Positions 16,733 to 24,121 of a stretch of 32,068 nt of DNA are shown here, in pieces (within the stretch, counting starts at the first letter, position 1; the number at the start of each line of letters is the position of its first letter). Source of the DNA: a virus (lineage: Duplodnaviria; Caudoviricetes); the IMG/VR virus record IMGVR_UViG_3300020393_000018, positions 1 to 32,068 of that record; one strand, 5' to 3'. Below the pieces are notes generated by a model. That model was not told where the DNA came from. It saw only the letters and a program-made list of their open reading frames with translations, and made no database searches. The position numbers were made by a program, and so were the translations under genes.

Positions 16733-17536
16733 ATGCCAAGTAAAATGATTGATCCTACTGAGCAAAATCAGGAGGAACAAAAAGCAGAAGCTCAAGCATT
16801 TGAACAAGGAAAAGCAAACAATGAAGCATTACAAGCTGACAGAGAAGCTAACTTTGAACAGAACGAAAGAGAAAATCAACCACCACTTATAGACGGTAAG
16901 TTTAAAAGTCAGGAAGATTTACTTGCGGCTTACAAAGAACTTGAGAAAAAGCTACATAAACCAGAAGAAGAAACAGAAGAGAAACCAGTTGAAGAGGAAG
17001 CGCAAGAACCTGAGATACCTGTGTCACAACAGAGTATGCAAAAGGCTGCGGATGTTTTTAAAGAAAAAGGCGAACTAACTCCTGACGTTATTGAAGATCT
17101 ATCAAAGATGGACAGTAAGGAATTAGTTAAAGCTTACATGGATTTTTATAATAAAAATAAACAACAGTCTATACAACAAAGCGCAATAACTGATATACAG
17201 AATATTGCTGGAGGTGAACAAGGTTACAACGATCTTGTACAGTGGGCTTCCACAAATTTACCTGAGCAAGATGTATTGGAATTTAACAAAGTTGCTGAAT
17301 CTAATAATGTTGCAGCAATAAAGTTTGCAGTTGAAGCTTTGAATAATAGATATAAAAACTCTGAAGGTTATGAGGGTCAATTAATAACAGGCAAATCACC
17401 TACAAACGACGGGCTAAAACCATACCGAAGTCATGCAGAACTTGTGCGTGATATTGGTAATCCTTTATATAATTCTGACCCAGCGTTCAGACAAGATGTA
17501 GAGGCAAGACTAGCTCGTTCACCCGAACTTTTATAA
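16733..17536 (+). CDS. Capsid scaffolding protein (gp9)
   Basis: Acidic protein with GKFKS.EDL..AYKELEKKL, GGEQGY..L.QWA, EGYEG.L.TGK and Y..DPAFR.DV..RL. Confidence 0.93.
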   Translation: MPSKMIDPTEQNQEEQKAEAQAFEQGKANNEALQADREANFEQNERENQPPLIDGKFKSQEDLLAAYKELEKKLHKPEEETEEKPVEEEAQEPEIPVSQQSMQKAADVFKEKGELTPDVIEDLSKMDSKELVKAYMDFYNKNKQQSIQQSAITDIQNIAGGEQGYNDLVQWASTNLPEQDVLEFNKVAESNNVAAIKFAVEALNNRYKNSEGYEGQLITGKSPTNDGLKPYRSHAELVRDIGNPLYNSDPAFRQDVEARLARSPELL

Positions 17537-17545
17537 CAGCGAATA

Positions 17546-17875
17546 GTGACAGCTACACAACATTCTTTTCAAGACGGAAAGTATTCAGTCCGTCAGGTAG
17601 AGGTTGCAAGACAACCTGTTACCGCAAGACAGTTAACAGCTACTGCCACAAGTCAGAACACAGTGTTAACTTCTACCGTGCGCCTAATCAGTGTACGGGC
17701 TGTCAGTGCAGATATTAGATATTCCATAGGAACTTCAGCACAGACAGCAACTTCATCTAGCCACTTTATAGCAAGTGGTGAGAGATTAACTTTGGTTGTT
17801 CCAAGCGGAGCAAACATAGGCGTTATTAGAAACGCATCTACAAACGGAACTCTTGAATTAACAGAACTAGACTAA
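17546..17875 (+). CDS. Hypothetical beta-rich protein (109 aa), possibly virion-associated
   Basis: GTG-started, Thr/Ser/Val-rich ORF in the head module, coupled to hli. Confidence 0.65.
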   Translation: MTATQHSFQDGKYSVRQVEVARQPVTARQLTATATSQNTVLTSTVRLISVRAVSADIRYSIGTSAQTATSSSHFIASGERLTLVVPSGANIGVIRNASTNGTLELTELD

Positions 17876-17985
17876 TGGATTTAAATAAAGCAGAAAAGTG
17901 GAACGGAAGAGTAGCGATGCTTGGCATCGTTGCAGCTCTAGGAGCTTATTGGATTACAGGACAAATTATCCCTAGCATTTGGTAA
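17875..17985 (+). CDS. hli: High-light inducible protein (36 aa, not in ORF track)
   Basis: MDLNKAEKWNGRVAMLGIVAALGAYWITGQIIPSIW contains the chlorophyll-binding motif AExxNGRxAMxG and a TGQIIP tail typical of phage/Prochlorococcus HLIPs. Confidence 0.95.
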   Translation: MDLNKAEKWNGRVAMLGIVAALGAYWITGQIIPSIW

Positions 17986-18125
17986 TGGCTAAACGAGGAT
18001 TATACGCGAACATCAACGCTCGAAAGAAAGCTGGTACTAGCAGATCTAAGAAGAACAGTACCATTACAGCTAAAGCATACGCAAATATGAAAGCTGGTTT
18101 TCCTAAGAAAAAGAAGAAAAAGTAG
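17985..18125 (+). CDS. Small highly basic protein (46 aa, not in ORF track)
   Basis: MAKRGLYANINARKKAGTSRSKKNSTITAKAYANMKAGFPKKKKKK; TAATG-coupled to hli. Confidence 0.8.
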   Translation: MAKRGLYANINARKKAGTSRSKKNSTITAKAYANMKAGFPKKKKKK

Positions 18126-18187
18126 GGGTACAATCATACCTAAACAATTTTTCGTCCACCTTCTAGCCGATTCTGAAGGGACTAAAA

Positions 18188-18331
18188 ATGGACAAATTGA
18201 AAAAATTTTGGAAAAAAGTTAGATCCGTTATGAAAGCAGAGACATTCTGTAGATACCCTGTCATACATGACGAGGAAGAACTTAAACGCCAAAGAGCTAT
18301 TGCATTCCTAAAAAGAATGTATGGCAAGTAA
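18188..18331 (+). CDS. Small hypothetical protein (47 aa, not in ORF track)
   Basis: GAAGGG RBS then ATG; MDKLKKFWKKVRSVMKAETFCRYPVIHDEEELKRQRAIAFLKRMYGK. Confidence 0.6.
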   Translation: MDKLKKFWKKVRSVMKAETFCRYPVIHDEEELKRQRAIAFLKRMYGK

Positions 18332-18332
18332 C

Positions 18333-18387
18333 GTCCGTTCATCCCTAACGGGACGCATGCAATCAAGACATGGAACGGGGTCTTGGT
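18333..18387 (+). ncRNA. Glutamine-II riboswitch (Downstream-peptide RNA motif)
   Basis: CCGTTC (18335-18340) pairs with GAACGG (18373-18378). Hairpin TCCC-TAAC-GGGA is followed by CGCA. CAAGAC (18364-18369) pairs with GTCTTG (18380-18385) around the conserved ATGGAACGGGG. A YRG peptide follows. Confidence 0.88.
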
Positions 18388-18400
18388 AATGGAGATAGTT

Positions 18401-18457
18401 ATGAAAGTAATTAAATTCGTTTATCGTGGCGTTGCTTACAAAAGAGTAATTGGTTAA
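18401..18457 (+). CDS. DUF4278-like YRG micropeptide (18 aa, not in ORF track)
   Basis: GGAG RBS at 18391-18394 then MKVIKFVYRGVAYKRVIG. YRGVxY is the signature of peptides downstream of this riboswitch class. Confidence 0.82.
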   Translation: MKVIKFVYRGVAYKRVIG

Positions 18458-18527
18458 GCAATCTTAGGGGGTGCAAGTCCCCCTATCTCAATTTCCCACT
18501 AGCCCGATACGTCGGATAACTACTGGG

Positions 18528-18544
18528 GTGTACACCTCGGAAAG
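18528..18544 (+). promoter_or_regulatory. Recurrent intergenic motif copy upstream of the capsid gene
   Basis: GTGTACACCTCGGAAAG, 15/17 identical to 4229-4245. Confidence 0.5.
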
Positions 18545-18612
18545 AGGGTTAAATCTTTCAAACTTTAGACATGTCGCAATCGTAAATATTTTTTTTATAG
18601 GAGTTATAGACC

Positions 18613-19599
18613 ATGACTAACATGGCTAATATTACTCGCCCCCATTCGATTAATGGTAATCAGAGTAATACATTTGCAAACAAATATGCAACAGCGTTAA
18701 CCGTCTTTTCTGGCGAAGTATTTAACGCTTTCAATAGTGCTTCTATCTTCAAAGGTCTAGTCAGAGGCTACACTTTGAGAGGAGCAAAGAGCAAGCAATT
18801 CTTACTACAAGGTAAGCTTGGTGCTGGGTTCCATACAGCAGGGCAGCCTATACTAGGGGATGCAGCTCTAAAGGCTAACGCCGTCACAATCAATGCAGAC
18901 GATCTATTAATTAGCTCTCAGTTTGTATATGACCTCGATGAAATTCTATCTCATTACTCTCAAAGATCTGAGATCAGTAAGCAGATCGGTGAGGCTTTAG
19001 CAAAATTTTATGACCAGAGAATCGCAAGAGTTCTTGATATGGCTTCAAGAGCAAGTGCTGTGGTCACAGGTGAAGATGGTGGATTTGAAGTTTCTATCGG
19101 ATCTGGTAAACAGTTTGATGCACAAGCTATCGTTGACGGTATCTTCGAGGCAAGAGCTGTACTAGAAGAGCGCAACGCTCCTACTGATGGAATCTCTTGT
19201 GTACTTTCTCCACGTCAGTACCTATCACTTATCTCCTCTGTTGATACAAATATTCTTAACAGAGAGCTAGGTGGAACACAAGGTTCTGTAAACAGTGGCG
19301 AAGGACTTTACTCTATAGCTGGAGTTAAGTTATACAAGTCAAACAACCTACCTTTCATGGCAGCTTACAACACAGCAGTTGCTGGAGAGAACAACGACTA
19401 CACAGATACAAATGATAAATGTGCTGGTCTAATCTTCCACAGAGACGCTGTTGGTGTAGTAGAGACTGTATCACCTACTGTAGAAACAACATCTGAATCT
19501 TTCAGAGTTCAGTATCAGGGTGACTTAATTGTAGGAAAACTCAGCATGGGTGTAGGTCAACTACGCACAGCAGTTGCTGGTTCACTTCAAGCTAAATAA
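18613..19599 (+). CDS. Major capsid protein (gp10)
   Basis: Motifs L.VFSGEV..AF, KSKQF, I..DDLLISSQFVYDLDE, RSEISKQIGEALA..YD and YQGDLIVGKL.MG; strong AGGAG RBS. Confidence 0.97.
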   Translation: MTNMANITRPHSINGNQSNTFANKYATALTVFSGEVFNAFNSASIFKGLVRGYTLRGAKSKQFLLQGKLGAGFHTAGQPILGDAALKANAVTINADDLLISSQFVYDLDEILSHYSQRSEISKQIGEALAKFYDQRIARVLDMASRASAVVTGEDGGFEVSIGSGKQFDAQAIVDGIFEARAVLEERNAPTDGISCVLSPRQYLSLISSVDTNILNRELGGTQGSVNSGEGLYSIAGVKLYKSNNLPFMAAYNTAVAGENNDYTDTNDKCAGLIFHRDAVGVVETVSPTVETTSESFRVQYQGDLIVGKLSMGVGQLRTAVAGSLQAK

Positions 19600-19608
19600 T
19601 TTATAGTT

Positions 19609-19631
19609 CCCACGGGCTTATGCCCGTCGGG
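19609..19631 (+). terminator. GC-rich hairpin after capsid gene (T-phi-like position)
   Basis: CCC-ACGGGC-TTAT-GCCCGT-C-GGG; lacks a good U-tract. Confidence 0.45.
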
Positions 19632-19653
19632 GCTTCACATTCCCTAGAAATAA

Positions 19654-20247
19654 ATGGCTACTAAAATAACAAAACTAAATGGTGTCAATATTATTTTATC
19701 TAATATTGGTCAAGCACCTGTCACTTCACTAGCAACACTAAACCCAGCCGCAAAATTAGCGGAACAAATTTTGGACGAGGTTTCATTATCTACGCAAGCT
19801 GAAGGTTGGGTATTTAATACTGAACAAGATTATCCATTTACACCTAATAATAATAAAGAGATCATTATTCCATCTAACGTAATTGGTTTAGACTTCGTAA
19901 GTTTTGGTGATAAAAATACTGTACAAAGAGGCGGTAAGCTATACGACAAAAGAAATCATACTTATCAATTTGATGACATTGTGTATGGAAAAGTTACTTG
20001 GTTGTTTGACTTTGTTGATTTACCAGAAGTATTCAAAAACTATATTGCTATGAGAGCTGCTAATGTTTTTGCAAACAGATCAGTCGGTAGTAATGAAATA
20101 GTTAAATATTCAAAAGAAGAAGAGCAAATTGCTAGAGCTGCAATCATGGAATATGAAACACAGCAAGGTGACTACAACATGCTTAATGATAGAGCGGGAG
20201 GAACAGAGTTCCATACATTCCTACCATATAACGCTATTAAGAGGTAA
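19654..20247 (+). CDS. Tail tubular protein A (gp11)
   Basis: Motifs VN.IL..IGQAPV..L, Q.EGW.FNTE, RGGKLYD and F.DLP..F..YI..RAA. Confidence 0.94.
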   Translation: MATKITKLNGVNIILSNIGQAPVTSLATLNPAAKLAEQILDEVSLSTQAEGWVFNTEQDYPFTPNNNKEIIIPSNVIGLDFVSFGDKNTVQRGGKLYDKRNHTYQFDDIVYGKVTWLFDFVDLPEVFKNYIAMRAANVFANRSVGSNEIVKYSKEEEQIARAAIMEYETQQGDYNMLNDRAGGTEFHTFLPYNAIKR

Positions 20248-20249
20248 CA

Positions 20250-23009
20250 ATGGCAGCAATATCACAACAGATTCCTAATCTTTTAGGAGGTGTAAGTCAA
20301 CAATCAGATCCTTTAAAGTTAGCTGGACAAGTAAAAGAAAGTATCAATGCTTATCTAGATCCCACATTTGGTTGTAGGAAAAGACCACCATTGCAATATG
20401 TAAAAAACTTAGCATCTGACATACCATCAACTGCAAAGTGGTTTTTTATTTTACGAGACAGCAGTGAGCGTTATGCAGCGGTGATTTATAAAAGCACAAC
20501 GTCTCCCAATCCAATGGTTGTGCGAGTTTTCGATTTAAACACTGGTAATGAAAGAACTGTTACCACAGGCTCTGCTGTAAATGATTATCTTGATACAGAT
20601 AACTTAGATACAATTAGCACATTTACTTTAGCTGACTTTACATTAATAGCTAACAGTAAAAGACAAATTAGTATGAACTCAGTTCAGCTAACAAATAGTC
20701 CAGAAGAAGCTTTAGTCACAATCAACACAGTTGCATATAACACAACTTATAGTATTGACTTAGCAAGAGACGGTGTAACACAACAGACAAAAGTTTATAG
20801 AGCTACAGGGTTAGAAGTAACTCCAGCATCTTACGAAGTTGCAGATGGTGGTTTAGCATCTAACCATTCTGCACAAGATCATTCATATAATGATCCTAAT
20901 GATCCTACAAAAACAGGATTACAATTTAGACTTGTAAATCAAGGAGCTGCATTTTTTGATGAAGATTCAGATGCTTTTAAATCTAGATATAACGCAAGTG
21001 TAATTTTAAAAAATGGCGGAAGTGGATGGAGAGTAGGAGATAATTTCAACGTAACTCAATCAGGTAAAACATTTAATGTACGAGTATCATCTGAGGCTTT
21101 TGAATTTACATTTGCTAGTGATGGCACAGCAACATTTACTACACCCAGTAATGCAACCAGCGGAACACTAAGAGTTGGTGACATTATTGCTGATTTAGTT
21201 GCAGACATAAATAATTTTACTGGTTATACTGCTGACTCTATTGGTCACGTTATAAGAATTAAAAGGACTGACACTAGAAGTTTTAACGTGTCAGTGCGTG
21301 GTGGTACAACTAACAAAGCAATGGATGTCATAAAAGGAACAGCTAACGACATCAGTAAATTACCAAGTCAATGTTTTCCTGACTTTCATGTAAAAGTACA
21401 AAACACACAAGAATCAAATGCTGACGATTACTTTGTAAAGTTTGTTCCTGACGCTGCTGGCGTTGCTGGTACTGGGTCTTGGGTTGAGACAGTTAAGAAA
21501 GGTATAAATACAAGCTTCAACTCGTCTACTATGCCACATGCTTTGATAAGAGAAGCTAATGGTAACTTTTCACTAAACCCCTTAACATCCAGTGGTACAC
21601 TGGGTGGTTACTCAGATAGAGAAGTTGGTGATGAAATCACAAACCCAGAACCAAGTTTTGTGGGTCGTGGTATTTCTGGTATAACATTCTTTTCAAACCG
21701 TTTAGGATTTTTAGCTGACGATGCAATCGTATTGAGTCAAGCTGGAGACTTCTTAAATTTTTTTGCAACGTCCGCATTAACAGTAAGTGACGCTGATCCA
21801 ATAGATTTAACAGCAGCTTCAAGTAAACCAGCATTTTTAAAAAAAGCAGTTGGTACGCCAAAAGGATTAGTTTTATTTGCTGAAAATGCACAATTTTTGT
21901 TAGCTACACAAGACGTTGCTTTTGCTCCAGCTACTGTAAAACTAACTGAGATTTCAAACTATACTTATAAATCAACAGTGCCACCACAAAGTTTGGGCGT
22001 AAGTATTATGTTCCCAACTTCAACAGAAACTTTTAGTAAGGTATTTGAAATGGCAACTGACTCTGTTGATAACAGACCTTCAGTTGCAGAAATATCTAGA
22101 ATAGTTCCTGAGTATATACCTAAAACACTTAATTGGGGTGCTAGTTCTCCTAACAATAGTTTTGTTTTATTTGGTGATAATACTGATACAATTTATTATT
22201 TTAAGTTTTATAATGCTGGGAATGAAAGACAAATAGCTGGGTGGGGTAAATGGGAATTACCAGCTCAATGTAGAGGTTATGTTTTTGATAATGATACTTC
22301 TTATATAGTTACCTACGACGGAACTAATTACGGATTATCGAAAATGGAACTTATAGATGATCCAGTTAAAGGAGCTATAAATACAGGATTTACAAAATTC
22401 ACACCAAGAGTTGATTTTTTACAACATAAATCTGATATAACAACAGCAGCTTCTACAAATGCTGGTAAAACAAAAGTAAGATTTGCAAACCATAGTTACA
22501 TATCTGGAAAACAACCAATCATTATGTTTACTGGAAATGGTAATACAGCGGGTGAATTTGAAAGACCAACTATTTTGACTGATACAACTGGTAAATATAT
22601 AGAAACTGATACAAGTAATTTGTCTGGAGATTATGTAATTGGTCTTGAATATCAAATGTCAGTACAACTGCCAAGCTTTTTTATTAAGCAAGATACAAGA
22701 GCTGATAGAGTTGATATTCCTATGGTTGAAACATTGTTTTTAGACTTATACCACTCAGGTAGATATGATGTATTAATAAAAAGATTTGGTTATACAGATT
22801 TTACATTTACTGTTGAAGCAGCTCTCGCAAGTATTTACCAAGCAAATAATCCTATTATTGAAGAAGTAGTAACTAAGCAAGTGCCTATATATAATTTAGG
22901 ATCAGAAACTACAGCAACTATAAAAGCTTTAGATCCAATACCAAGCGCAATAACTGGTTATAGTTTTAGAGGACATTACAACAAAAGAGGTATTCAAACA
23001 TTACAATAA
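20250..23009 (+). CDS. Tail tubular protein B / nozzle (gp12)
   Basis: Motifs ISQ.IPNLLGGVSQQ.D, KRPP, W.ET, TMPH.L.R, R.VGD..TNP.PSFVG, F.NRLGFL and DPID. Confidence 0.95.
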   Translation: MAAISQQIPNLLGGVSQQSDPLKLAGQVKESINAYLDPTFGCRKRPPLQYVKNLASDIPSTAKWFFILRDSSERYAAVIYKSTTSPNPMVVRVFDLNTGNERTVTTGSAVNDYLDTDNLDTISTFTLADFTLIANSKRQISMNSVQLTNSPEEALVTINTVAYNTTYSIDLARDGVTQQTKVYRATGLEVTPASYEVADGGLASNHSAQDHSYNDPNDPTKTGLQFRLVNQGAAFFDEDSDAFKSRYNASVILKNGGSGWRVGDNFNVTQSGKTFNVRVSSEAFEFTFASDGTATFTTPSNATSGTLRVGDIIADLVADINNFTGYTADSIGHVIRIKRTDTRSFNVSVRGGTTNKAMDVIKGTANDISKLPSQCFPDFHVKVQNTQESNADDYFVKFVPDAAGVAGTGSWVETVKKGINTSFNSSTMPHALIREANGNFSLNPLTSSGTLGGYSDREVGDEITNPEPSFVGRGISGITFFSNRLGFLADDAIVLSQAGDFLNFFATSALTVSDADPIDLTAASSKPAFLKKAVGTPKGLVLFAENAQFLLATQDVAFAPATVKLTEISNYTYKSTVPPQSLGVSIMFPTSTETFSKVFEMATDSVDNRPSVAEISRIVPEYIPKTLNWGASSPNNSFVLFGDNTDTIYYFKFYNAGNERQIAGWGKWELPAQCRGYVFDNDTSYIVTYDGTNYGLSKMELIDDPVKGAINTGFTKFTPRVDFLQHKSDITTAASTNAGKTKVRFANHSYISGKQPIIMFTGNGNTAGEFERPTILTDTTGKYIETDTSNLSGDYVIGLEYQMSVQLPSFFIKQDTRADRVDIPMVETLFLDLYHSGRYDVLIKRFGYTDFTFTVEAALASIYQANNPIIEEVVTKQVPIYNLGSETTATIKALDPIPSAITGYSFRGHYNKRGIQTLQ

Positions 23010-23044
23010 CACCGTTTTACAGAGCGGCTACATTTGATGATGTA

Positions 23045-23455
23045 TTGCAAGTTGCCAATAATCTTTTACCAGAAGATTTACAAGAAATGGAAGGCTTAGG
23101 ACATAGTGTTCTAGGTCTTTTCTTTTCTTATTATGCAAGTGATCCATGTCTAGCCTTTTTTAACAAGTATGGTGACATTGCTGGCTTAGGTGGTATTTCG
23201 TATGTTTCCCCAATAGAAGGAAGTATATGGATGATATGTACACCACACATAAAAAAAAACCCAGTAACTTTTGTTAAACAATGCAAGAAATGGTTAAGTG
23301 AGCAAAAGCAATACAAAATTTTAACTAACAAAGTAGACGCAAGAAATAAATTTCATCACAAGCTTTTAAAACTTTTAGGCTTTATATCAATCAGAAAAGT
23401 AATAACCGAACCACACCAACTGCCCTATATAGAAATAGTAAAATTATGTGCTTAG
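23045..23455 (+). CDS. gp13-like protein (acetyltransferase-like fold); true start probably further upstream
   Basis: Position after gp12; motifs NL..ED..E, IWMICT and N.V..RN..H.KLLK.LGF. Confidence 0.75.
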   Translation: MQVANNLLPEDLQEMEGLGHSVLGLFFSYYASDPCLAFFNKYGDIAGLGGISYVSPIEGSIWMICTPHIKKNPVTFVKQCKKWLSEQKQYKILTNKVDARNKFHHKLLKLLGFISIRKVITEPHQLPYIEIVKLCA

Positions 23456-24120
23456 TAGAAGGGATGCTCGGTGCAAGTGCGGCAACAGCAGCTTCGGTAC
23501 AGGCTGTAGCTGGTTTAGCTATATCTGCTGGAAGCCTAGTACATAGTATTAGTACAGCTAATTATCAAGCTGCCGTTGCTCGCAGACGCGCTGACATACA
23601 ACATCAAAATCAACAATTACAGCAAAATTACGAAAATCAAAATACTGTAAACCAACATATAGCAGCAATTAGAGCGCAACAAGCTGCTGATTTAGCTGGA
23701 CAAAAAGATGCTCTTAATGCAAATGAAGCCGCCAATAATGCTTATGTAGCTGAACAAATAAAAAAAAATGATGCTCGTACTGCGGCTGCTTTTAAAATGC
23801 AAGATATATATGCTAAACAAATAGGAGCGAAAGGTTCAATATTTGCTACAGGTTCTGTAGGTAAATCTATTGGTTTACTTGCTATGGACGCTGAAAGAAA
23901 AGGCGGATTTGCAGCTACTAAAGAACTTGCTTCCAAGGATAGTCTATTCCAGCAGTCAGATATAAATATGTATAATATTGAAACACAACGACAATCGAAA
24001 GTTAATATAGCTCTTGCATCTATACCCGCTCCAGTACAAGCCGCCGTTCTTCCACCAGCTATAACAGGTGATTATCCTATTGAACTGAAAGATCCAACGT
24101 TAGCATACGCAAATTTATAA
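23446..24120 (+). CDS. Internal virion (ejection) protein gp14-like
   Basis: MC start, Ala/Gly hydrophobic N-terminus, Gln/Ala-rich helical body, synteny. Confidence 0.78.
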   Translation: MCLVEGMLGASAATAASVQAVAGLAISAGSLVHSISTANYQAAVARRRADIQHQNQQLQQNYENQNTVNQHIAAIRAQQAADLAGQKDALNANEAANNAYVAEQIKKNDARTAAAFKMQDIYAKQIGAKGSIFATGSVGKSIGLLAMDAERKGGFAATKELASKDSLFQQSDINMYNIETQRQSKVNIALASIPAPVQAAVLPPAITGDYPIELKDPTLAYANL

Positions 24121-24121
24121 A

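Noticed and set aside
18128-18139. Second NtcA box
   Set aside because: Spacing is GTA-N6-TAC, not N8.
18420-18495. tRNA ending in the T-loop-like hairpin
   Set aside because: The upstream sequence is the YRG coding region and forms no cloverleaf.
19560-19653. T7 gp10B-type capsid frameshift extension
   Set aside because: No clear slippery heptamer, and only 54 nt separate the capsid stop from gp11.
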